A stretch of DNA of 38,591 nucleotides from Candidatus Methylomirabilia bacterium. GTDB lineage: Bacteria; Methylomirabilota; Methylomirabilia; Rokubacteriales; CSP1-6. Numbering within the stretch: the first letter of the stretch is position 1; the number at the start of each line of letters is the position of its first letter. The position numbers and the translations under genes are program-made. The notes beneath the pieces were generated by a model, which made no database searches, had not been told where the DNA came from, and saw only the letters and a list, made by a program, of their open reading frames with translations. Location: the NCBI GenBank assembly GCA_041497895.1, contig JBGQHJ010000028.1:1-38591 (forward strand), given 5' to 3'. Shown here piece after piece: positions 1 to 7,363 of this stretch.

Positions 1-1235
1 CCTGGTTCCCGTACGCGACTAACGGCAACTACCAGGAGGTCATCCCGAGCGCGGCCGAGGGCTACCCGTATCCCCTCAAGGCTCTCTTCACCTATTGGAA
101 CGCGTGGCCCTACAGCACGCCGGCCCTTCGGAAGGTCTTCGAGGACTACGTCAAGGACGAGGCCAAGCTGCCGCTGTTCGTGGCCATTAGCCTGAACATG
201 GGTGAGGTGGCGGCCTTCGCCGACTACATCCTCCCGGACACGACCTATCTCGAGAAGTGGGCCTTCCCGGGCATGACGCCGACCATCCTCACGCGTGCGA
301 CGCCGTTCCAGCAACCCGTGGCCGGCAGGCTCGACGGCAAGGACATCGGCACTGCGCCGTTCAACCCCGATGCGCCGAACGTGTACACGCCGGTGCTCCC
401 CAACACCAAGACCGTTGGCGACATCCACATCGGCCTGGCCAAGGCGCTGGGCCTCCCCGGCGTGGGGGACAAGGCATTCGAAGACGGCAGCCCGATCAAT
501 ACCTACTGGGACTTCTACAAGAAGGGGCTGCAGAACGTGTCCAAGAACACTGGGAAGCCGATCGCTGAGATCGCGGCCAAGGGCGGCGTGTTCGAGGACT
601 CGGGCGGCGAGTACGACGGCAAGTACCTGAAGTACAAGTACGCCAACGAGATCCACCTCTACATCGAGCAGCTCGCGGCGACCAAGGACTCGATGACTGG
701 CCAGTATTTCGACGGGCTGCCGCACTACGAGCCACCCAAGTTCGCCGACGACACGCCCATTGCGGTGGTGGACGGCGGCGACTATCCGTTCCACTTGATC
801 ACCTACAAGTTCGCCTGGCAGGCGCAGGCGCGGACAGCGACGATCCCGTGGCTCACGCTCCTCCAGCCAGAGAACTACGTAGAGATCAACGCTGCCGACG
901 GCGCTCGCCTCGGCATCCGGGACGGCGACCTGGTCCGGCTGGTGTCGCCCACGAGCCCAGAGGGCGTGACCGGCAAGGCCAAGCTCACCGAGGGGCTGCG
1001 GCCGGGCGTGATCGCCGTCTCGCATCACTTCGGCCACTGGCAGCTGGCGTCCAGGCCCTACGTGGTCGACGGCGTGAGCCAGCCGGCCGACCCGAGCCGC
1101 GGTACTGGCCTGACCGTGAACCCGATCATGCGACTCGATCAGTACAAGGGACGAGTCCTCAACACGTCCATCCAGGACAAGGTCGGCGGCAGCGTGTCGT
1201 TCTCCGACAGCCGCGTGCGGCTCGTGAAGGCATAG
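1..1235 (+). CDS. Molybdopterin (bis-PGD) oxidoreductase catalytic subunit, TtrA/SrdA-like; 5' part lies outside the window
   Basis: The frame is open from base 3 (WFPYATNGNYQEVIPSAAEGYPYPLKAL...LPLFVAISLNMGEVAAFADYILPDTTYLEKW), resembling tetrathionate/selenate reductase A subunits. The C-terminal molybdopterin-binding domain reads PENYVEINAADGARLGIRDGDLVRLVS...GLRPGVIAVSHHFGHW. Confidence 0.88.
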   Translation, partial: WFPYATNGNYQEVIPSAAEGYPYPLKALFTYWNAWPYSTPALRKVFEDYVKDEAKLPLFVAISLNMGEVAAFADYILPDTTYLEKWAFPGMTPTILTRATPFQQPVAGRLDGKDIGTAPFNPDAPNVYTPVLPNTKTVGDIHIGLAKALGLPGVGDKAFEDGSPINTYWDFYKKGLQNVSKNTGKPIAEIAAKGGVFEDSGGEYDGKYLKYKYANEIHLYIEQLAATKDSMTGQYFDGLPHYEPPKFADDTPIAVVDGGDYPFHLITYKFAWQAQARTATIPWLTLLQPENYVEINAADGARLGIRDGDLVRLVSPTSPEGVTGKAKLTEGLRPGVIAVSHHFGHWQLASRPYVVDGVSQPADPSRGTGLTVNPIMRLDQYKGRVLNTSIQDKVGGSVSFSDSRVRLVKA

Positions 1236-1251
1236 AGGGGAGGCGCGAGCC

Positions 1252-1830
1252 ATGGCACAGCGCGGATGGGTGATCGACCTGGGCCGCTGCATCGGCTGCC
1301 AGAGCTGCACGGTGGCGTGCAAGTCGGAGCAGAACACCACCCCCAGAAACGCCCCGCTCCTGTTCAAGGGCGGCAATCCCCAGCGCCCGCTCAACGTGAG
1401 CTACCGCTGGGTCATCGTGAAGGATGGTGGGACGTACCCGAACGTCTGGCGCACCTTCGTGACGTCGGCGTGCAACCACTGCCAGACGCCCGCCTGCATG
1501 AACGCCTGCCCGGTCGCGGCCATCTCGAAGCGGGCCGCCGACGGTGTCGTGCTCATCGACCAGGAGACGTGTATCGGCTGCAAGTACTGCCTGTGGGCTT
1601 GCCCCTACGGCGCGCCCCAGTGGAACGAAGCCACCCGGAAGGTCGAGAAGTGCACGATGTGCGTCCAGCGGATCGACAAGGGTCTCGAGCCGGCCTGCGT
1701 CACGACGTGCATCGGCAAGGCACTGACCTATGTGTCGGACTTCGATACGGCACACTCCGGTGACAACGCGCCGGACGGTTTCGCCAGCCCAAGCATGACC
1801 CGGCCATCGGTAAGGTTCGTGAAGAGATGA
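1252..1830 (+). CDS. 4x[4Fe-4S] electron-transfer subunit (DmsB/TtrB/NrfC family)
   Basis: Four Cys groups: CIGCQSCTVAC, CNHCQTPACMNACP, CIGCKYCLWACP and KCTMC...PACVTTC. GGAGG RBS upstream. Confidence 0.95.
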   Translation: MAQRGWVIDLGRCIGCQSCTVACKSEQNTTPRNAPLLFKGGNPQRPLNVSYRWVIVKDGGTYPNVWRTFVTSACNHCQTPACMNACPVAAISKRAADGVVLIDQETCIGCKYCLWACPYGAPQWNEATRKVEKCTMCVQRIDKGLEPACVTTCIGKALTYVSDFDTAHSGDNAPDGFASPSMTRPSVRFVKR

Positions 1831-2510
1831 TCACGGAGGCGACCTGGGCCGCGGCCCGAGGACAGCTCTACAGGTTCTTGGCCGGAGCGTTCCTCCGACC
1901 GCCGAGCGAGCGGTCTGTTGCGCCGATCCTCGACGGGGTGGTCTTGCCGGATATGGCCCGGCATTTCGGTGCCGATGCCGTGACCGAGCTCGAGCAGTTC
2001 CGCACGGGCTTTGACCGGGACTGGGACGCGCTGGACCAGGAGTACCAGAGCCTCTTCATGGTTCCATTGGGACGCTACGTAACGCCATATGAAGCCGTGT
2101 ATCGCGACGAGCGCGTGGTGGACGGGGAGGTCGTTCGCGGACTCCTCATGGGGCCCTCGACGCTCGCGGTCAAGGCGATCTACCGGGACGCAAGCGTCGA
2201 GGTGGCCGACGATCTCGGCGAGCTGCCGGATCACATCGGCCTGGAGCTCGGCTGCATGCAGGTCCTCTGTGACGCCGAGGCGCGGGCGCAAGAGGAGGGC
2301 GACAGAGACGCGGCCGCGCGAGCCTGCGAACTCCAGCGGCGCCTTCTGCAGGAGCACCTTCTGCAGTGGGCGCCGAGGCTCTGCGGGCAGATCCGCGCCA
2401 ATGCGCCCGGGCCCTTTTACCGGGGAATCGCCGCACTCACGGAGGCATTCCTCAAGCAAGAGGCCGAGAGCCTGGGATGCCGGGCCGACGCTCGAACCCA
2501 GGATACTTGA
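1827..2510 (+). CDS. TorD/DmsD family redox-enzyme maturation chaperone
   Basis: Motifs EYQSLF, PYEAVY, ELPDHIGLELGCM, LQEHLLQW and FYRGIA. ATGA overlap with the Fe-S gene. Confidence 0.93.
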   Translation: MITEATWAAARGQLYRFLAGAFLRPPSERSVAPILDGVVLPDMARHFGADAVTELEQFRTGFDRDWDALDQEYQSLFMVPLGRYVTPYEAVYRDERVVDGEVVRGLLMGPSTLAVKAIYRDASVEVADDLGELPDHIGLELGCMQVLCDAEARAQEEGDRDAAARACELQRRLLQEHLLQWAPRLCGQIRANAPGPFYRGIAALTEAFLKQEAESLGCRADARTQDT

Positions 2511-2953
2511 TGCGCGCGCGGGCTGTGCTCTTCCCTGAGCCGCCCCGCCAAATTCCCCGGCACCGGGCGCTCGGCTTAGCGTTGCGCACCGCGCACCTGA
2601 TGACGTTCGGGGCGCTCCTCGGCGGGCACTTTTTCGACGTGGATCCCGGCCATCTGATGCCGTTCCTCCTGGCGACGATCGCCAGCGGCGTAGGCCTCGT
2701 CGCGCTCGAAGTGACGTCCACCTGCGCATGGCTGTTCATGGGCAAGGGGCTCGTCGTGCTCGTCAAACTCACCGTGCTGCTCATGGTTCCACTGTTCTGG
2801 GAGTACCGTCTGCCGCTGCTGCTGGTTATCGTGACAGTGGCCTCGATAGGCTCCCATATGCCGTCCCGGTTCCGCCACCGGTGTTTCGTGCCCGGGCTGC
2901 AGCGTGTCTGCGCGGCGCCTCAGGACCTGCCGTCGCGGAATCAGTCTTGCTGA
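2510..2953 (+). CDS. Hypothetical 147-aa membrane protein (~4 TM segments, several His)
   Basis: The ATG overlaps the torD-like stop (TGATG). It has hydrophobic segments and the motifs RTAHL, LLGGHFF and IGSHMPSRFRH. Confidence 0.75.
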   Translation: MRARAVLFPEPPRQIPRHRALGLALRTAHLMTFGALLGGHFFDVDPGHLMPFLLATIASGVGLVALEVTSTCAWLFMGKGLVVLVKLTVLLMVPLFWEYRLPLLLVIVTVASIGSHMPSRFRHRCFVPGLQRVCAAPQDLPSRNQSC

Positions 2954-3309
2954 CTAGAAGAAGGACGAGCGACCCAAGGCTGCCTCGGGCTACTTTGCTG
3001 CCTGCAAGGTCAAGCCTGGACCGTCGAACTGTTCCGGTCTGGAGTGAGCTCGCGGATTCGCTTCGAGTCGAAGGGTCCCGGTGCGATGAGAGAAACTTAA
3101 CGGTCGTGTAATCTGCAAGGCTGTACGTTTGGCTACGGCCGCGGGACGTTCGCGCGGGGCGAGTGAGCGGGCTCGGCTGGGCGGCGCTCGGACGCGGCGA
3201 TCGAGTGCAAGATCTATGCTACCGACCTCGGGTACATGCCGTCCGGCTGATGTCGCCGCGCTGTCTCGGGTAGCAGTGGAATGGTAGGTGTCCCAAGGAG
3301 GAGGATCGC

Positions 3310-3939
3310 ATGACCGCCGGATCCCGGCCCCCGTACAACGTTCTCTTTCTTTGCACTGGGAACTCTGCTCGCAGCGTCATGGCCGAGTGCGCGCTGAACC
3401 GCTGGGGTAAGTACCGCTTTCAAGCATACAGCGGCGGAAGCCATCCGCTCGGTCACATCCACCCGCTCACTCTCAAACTGCTCCACGAGCTGAGGTACTC
3501 GACAGCTAGCCTGCGGAGCAAGAGCTGGGATGAGTTCTCGCGTCCCAACAGCCCGGCGCTCGACTTTGTCTTCACGGTCTGTGATAAGGCGGCAGGAGAG
3601 GCATGCCCGATCTGGCCGGGCCAGCCAATGACGGCGCATTGGGGGGTCGAGGACCCGGCAGGCTATGTCGGCCCTGAGGAGAAACAGGAAGCGCTTTTCA
3701 TGAAGGTCTACATGGAACTCGAGACTCGTATCAAGCTCTTCACGAGTCTACCCCTCGACGCGATCGACTCCATGTCGCTCCAGCGTCGCCTTGAGGACAT
3801 CGGCGGGACGTCGGGCGAGGACTCACGAGGCCCTAGTGGGATCATGAGCGCGAGTGGGACGAGTAGCGGTGGCGCAGCTCGGATAGAGCTGGCACCATCA
3901 ACCTCGCAACGTCGAAGTGCGTGGAGTCCCACGGGGTGA
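3310..3939 (+). CDS. arsC: Arsenate reductase, LMW-PTP/thioredoxin-type ArsC
   Basis: NVLFLCTGNSARS P-loop, RSKSWDEF and TVCDKAAGEACPIWPGQPMTAHWGVEDPA. Strong AAGGAGGAGG RBS. Confidence 0.93.
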   Translation: MTAGSRPPYNVLFLCTGNSARSVMAECALNRWGKYRFQAYSGGSHPLGHIHPLTLKLLHELRYSTASLRSKSWDEFSRPNSPALDFVFTVCDKAAGEACPIWPGQPMTAHWGVEDPAGYVGPEEKQEALFMKVYMELETRIKLFTSLPLDAIDSMSLQRRLEDIGGTSGEDSRGPSGIMSASGTSSGGAARIELAPSTSQRRSAWSPTG

Positions 3940-3981
3940 GGCTTTCGGGCAAAGACCGGCCCCACGTCTGGCGTTGCCTGA

Positions 3982-4022
3982 CGCCCGGGACTAAAATTCC
4001 TCCCTCATTTGAGTCCCGGGCG
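3982..4022. repeat. 16-bp imperfect inverted repeat just inside the island end
   Basis: cgcccgggactaaaat (3982-3997) pairs with atttgagtcccgggcg (4007-4022), with 1 mismatch and a 9-nt spacer. Confidence 0.7.
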
Positions 4023-4087
4023 CGACGGTGTTGAGTCAACAGTATGTAACCACTTGAAAGTACGTGGAAAGCGCGTGGCGGACAGCA

Positions 4088-4118
4088 AACACGGGTTCGA
4101 ATCCCGTTGGGGCCACCA
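4088..4118 (+). mobile_element. 3' fragment of tRNA-Glu (T-arm + acceptor strand + CCA), probable att site of an integrated element lying to the left
   Basis: aacacgggTTCGAATcccgttggggccaCCA. No matching 5' acceptor strand (GGCCCC), D-arm or anticodon arm is present upstream. Confidence 0.8.
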
Positions 4119-4343
4119 CCGTTTCGTGAGTTACCGCCACTCGTGTGGCACGCTCTGCTCGCCCCGGTGGCGGGACACGATGCGTGCGAGCGAACGGCTC
4201 TCCTGATCCCACTGAGGCGAGCATGCGCCCGCGTTTGGTCCGCAGCGCCCCGTGTCGTCGGAGCAAGGCCTCGATTTCGTGATCGCTGCCGCGCCGGTTC
4301 GCTCGATGCAAAGTGGAAGGGAACGAGGTGTGGGGGTGGGCGC

Positions 4344-4570
4344 ATGGACCTCGCCTCGCAACGCATCCGCGACAAGCTCCGGTACGGCATCCTGCCAGTT
4401 GCGAGCCCGTCATGACCTGGGCCGGGTACGGGAACGGGACGATATGCGACGGATGCGATATGGACATCCATCCGAAGGAGGTGGAGTACGAGGTCGAGGT
4501 CGAGACCGGCCGAACGCTCCACTTTCATCTCGCGTGCGTGGGCCTGTGGCAGGTGTTGCGGAGGGAGTAA
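4344..4570 (+). pseudogene. Small CxxC/HxxC putative Zn-binding protein with an apparent 1-nt deletion near 4400
   Basis: MDLASQRIRDKLRYGILPVA in one frame continues as EPVMTWAGYGNGTICDGCDMDIHPKEVEYEVEVETGRTLHFHLACVGLW in another frame. Confidence 0.6.
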
Positions 4571-4781
4571 GGGTCGCGTCTCTCGCCGCGACCGGGCAAG
4601 GCGCTGAAGAGGGGAGAGAAGGTCGTGAGGGCGGTCGCCAGCACCGCGGCGCTCGGCGTGACCGTGAGGGCACGGGTGACGATGAGCGGAGCGGCGAGCA
4701 TCATCCGCCCGGCCAGGCCGGCCAGACGTAGAGGGCCAATCGTCTTCATGTCTATACGGAACGCGGAGTGGCGAGGCGGTC

Positions 4782-6278
4782 TCAGCGCACCAGGTGCCAG
4801 ATCGCCCAGGCGATGATCGCGAGCTGCGGCACGATGTCGGAGCGCTTCGTCAGGAAAGTCCTCCAGGTTTGCGGCTCGATCGAGTCCGGCCTCGTCCGGC
4901 TGTGCAGGAGCCCGTCGATGGACGTCCCGAGGACGATCGGCAGCGGGTTCAGCCAGCTCCGGCTTTCCAGCATGCGGCCCGACAGCAGCACGCAGCCCGC
5001 GAGCACGCCGGCGAGGAGAGCGAGATTGGCCAGGAGCAGCGCGCGGGCGACGAGATAGCGCCCGGCCTTCCTGGCGAGGCTCCGGACGACCGGAAAGAGC
5101 CGCGTGTCCTGTAGGCGCTCTTCCGCCCGGGCGAAGGCCTCCCACGTGAAGGCGAAGACGTACCCCAGCCCGAGGCCCAGGACCACGTCGAAGCCGAAGG
5201 CGGTCCACTTGCCGACCGGCTTCACCGGGTTCCATTCCGTGAAGAACTCCGCCGCGTAGAGGGCCGCCATGGTGGGGATGGTATAGCCGAAGAAGGTCCC
5301 GCGCTCCGGGGTCAGGGCGCCGACGAAGATTGCCGGTGCGCTCCGGATCGCCTCCGGCGTGGGCCAGGGCCGCGCGGGGTTGAATTCGGCGTCGTAGACG
5401 TTGCCGCTGTACTGGAAGAATGACCTGTTCAGCGGCGTCTCGTGCTCGAGCCCGGGGCTCGGCATGCTCTGCCGCAGGCGATCGAAGAACAGGCGGACGT
5501 CGCGCCCGACGGACTTCGCCGCGGTGCAGATGTCGTAGTCGGGAAGGCGACCACGCACGTGCGCGGTGGGCGGCTCCGGGGGCGGTCCGGACGAGCCAGC
5601 CCGCGCGGCGACGACGCCGATCGACGGGTAGTTCTTCCAGTAGCTGTGGACGGCCTCGGGAGCGGGCCGCGGCTCCTCGACGGCGAAGCGGACACCGGCC
5701 GCGCAGCGCGCCTGCATCCAGCCGAGGCGCGCCCGATGAAGCGATTCGGGTCCGGTGCGGAAATCCGGGAGCCACAGCACGACGCCGATCTTGTTGCGAG
5801 CGGCCGCGTCGAGGGCCCGGTCCAGGATGTCCTGGTCCTCGGCCTGCCGGTCGTGCTCGGAGGGCTCCAGCTCCACCTCGAAGGCCAGCACGCCGCGTCC
5901 CGTGTTCTCCGGCCGCGTCGCCCACTCGGCGGAGACGGTCTCGACGAGGTCGGCCACCAGGGCCTTCGCCTGGCTGCGCGGCTGGGCGTCGAGGACGAGC
6001 ACCAGGGGATATCGGTCGGGCGGCAGCACCTGGCCGGGAAACCAGGAGGGCAGCAGCGTCCATAACCGCGCCCTCACGTAACTGAGGGCGAAGTGGGTCC
6101 GGTTGTCCACCGCCTGGAACTTGGGCCAGGACTCCAGCACGACCAGGGCGGAGGAGATGGTGGTCGCGAGCAGCAGGTGATGGAGGAAGGTGTAGAGGTG
6201 CCGGCGGTGCTCCGGTCGCACGATGTCCTGGTCTCCCGCGCCCGATCCGGGGCGCATCGGGGATGATGCCGCAACCAC
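4782..6278 (-). CDS. Membrane protein with a divergent CHASE2-like extracytoplasmic domain and C-terminal TM helices
   Basis: N-terminal TM segment, a soluble region ending AIFVGAL...AALYAAEF, then 3-4 TM segments. No cytoplasmic output domain. Start uncertain. Confidence 0.55.
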   Translation of the reverse strand: MVAASSPMRPGSGAGDQDIVRPEHRRHLYTFLHHLLLATTISSALVVLESWPKFQAVDNRTHFALSYVRARLWTLLPSWFPGQVLPPDRYPLVLVLDAQPRSQAKALVADLVETVSAEWATRPENTGRGVLAFEVELEPSEHDRQAEDQDILDRALDAAARNKIGVVLWLPDFRTGPESLHRARLGWMQARCAAGVRFAVEEPRPAPEAVHSYWKNYPSIGVVAARAGSSGPPPEPPTAHVRGRLPDYDICTAAKSVGRDVRLFFDRLRQSMPSPGLEHETPLNRSFFQYSGNVYDAEFNPARPWPTPEAIRSAPAIFVGALTPERGTFFGYTIPTMAALYAAEFFTEWNPVKPVGKWTAFGFDVVLGLGLGYVFAFTWEAFARAEERLQDTRLFPVVRSLARKAGRYLVARALLLANLALLAGVLAGCVLLSGRMLESRSWLNPLPIVLGTSIDGLLHSRTRPDSIEPQTWRTFLTKRSDIVPQLAIIAWAIWHLVR

Positions 6279-6319
6279 CCTGTGGAGGTCGAGGGGGAAT
6301 GACGGGCCGGGAGAGCCCG

Positions 6320-6750
6320 TCAGTAGGCGGCGGCCTGGGTCGCACGAACTAGCGCCTCAGGTGCTCGCCCGACGTGGTGACCGGACACCGCGCGGGGCGG
6401 GCCGGGTCGGCGCAGCTCGGGATGCAGCGAGCCTCGGCATCGTAGTTCGGGTTGTGGAAGAACACGATGGACTGGCGCCGGCTGCCGAGGGCCGCCGTAC
6501 GCGGCGGATTCACCACGCAGTGGAGCGTGGCCGGCCAGCGGTCGTTGGTCCACCGGGCCATCAGCTCGCCGATGTTGACCACGAAGGTCCCGGGCACGAT
6601 CGGCACCTCGACCACTCCCCGTCCTGATTGCACACCTCGAGCCCACCCGGGTTCGCCTCCGCCTTCAGGATAGTGAGGCTCCCGTAGTCGGCGTGGGCGC
6701 CCGCGCGGAGCTGGCCGGGGCGCGGGGGCTCGGGCTGCCGAGGATGACCG
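6320..6750 (-). pseudogene. Decayed 2OG-Fe(II) oxygenase (isopenicillin N synthase-like), C-terminal half only
   Basis: QLRAGAHADYGSLTIL...GGLEV, then a frameshift at ~6612 to VPIVPGTFVVNIGELMARWTNDRWPATLHCVVNPP...RQSIVFFHNPNYDA. In-frame TAG at 6349-6351, a second frameshift before TQAAAY, and the N-terminus is missing. Confidence 0.85.
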
Positions 6751-6872
6751 GCCCGCGACCCATCCGCAAGTGGCCGCCGCTCGGCCGCGTCGACCCGGAA
6801 CCCCGACGAAGGTCCAATAGCGCACACGCTCGGTCGGGCCTATGCTAGTGACAGGGAGGCTCGTGAGGAAGC

Positions 6873-7121
6873 GTGGACAAGCAGCTCATCGGAGTGTCGT
6901 TCGAGGTGTCCGAGGCTGGACCGAGGACCTGGACGCTCAGGACGAACATCGCGCACTACCAGTACGGTGGAATCACCGAGCCGGACCACACGTGCAAGCG
7001 ACCACGGCCCCTCATGGTCGGTGATCGCGTGGCGGTCCAGCGAATTGCAGAGCCGAGCAAGGACGTGATCGTTCGTGGGCCATGCGGTTGCAAGCATCTC
7101 CTGTACGCCCTGCGCACCTGA
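6873..7121 (+). CDS. Hypothetical 82-aa protein with HxC and CxCxH motifs
   Basis: GC3-rich codons, GAGGA-like RBS and a TATGCT -10-like hexamer at 6841-6846. Confidence 0.65.
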   Translation: MDKQLIGVSFEVSEAGPRTWTLRTNIAHYQYGGITEPDHTCKRPRPLMVGDRVAVQRIAEPSKDVIVRGPCGCKHLLYALRT

Positions 7122-7150
7122 TGTCCTTCGCGTCACCCGGAGGTGGAACG

Positions 7151-7354
7151 ATGGACTACAGCATGAGCGAGAGACTGGTGCGGCAACGGCTCCGGGACAA
7201 CAAGGGCCGGGCGTACTGCGCCGACTGCATGGCGAAGGACCTGGGACGGAATCCCGACGAGCTCAAGGCGGCCATCGAGACCCTGGTGGTCCGGGAGCGC
7301 TTCGTGGCCGCTCCGTGCGCCTGCGGGGCGCCCGGTCTGATCTACCGCTGGTAG
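7151..7354 (+). CDS. 67-aa CxxC...CxC microprotein (paralogue of the 12343-13162 genes)
   Basis: GGAGG RBS. Sequence KGRAYCADCMAKDL...AAIETL...PCACG. Confidence 0.75.
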   Translation: MDYSMSERLVRQRLRDNKGRAYCADCMAKDLGRNPDELKAAIETLVVRERFVAAPCACGAPGLIYRW

Positions 7355-7363
7355 GCCCCGCGC

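Noticed and set aside
2954..3309. Riboswitch or ncRNA upstream of arsC
   Set aside because: Only a weak inverted repeat (tgctaccga/tcgggtagca) is visible, with no recognisable family motif. No arsR gene is present either.
4040..4118. Complete tRNA gene
   Set aside because: Only the T-arm and 3' acceptor strand are present. The upstream sequence cannot form the D or anticodon arms or pair with GGGGCC.
4147..4162. Sigma54 promoter (TGGCACG...TGC)
   Set aside because: The GG-to-GC spacing is 8 nt rather than the required 10.
4525..4749. Minus-strand ORF MKTIGPLRLAGLAG... after the CHASE2-like gene
   Set aside because: It has a hydrophobic leader-like start but no recognisable domain and runs into a convergent gene. 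It may be a remnant, but cannot be supported.
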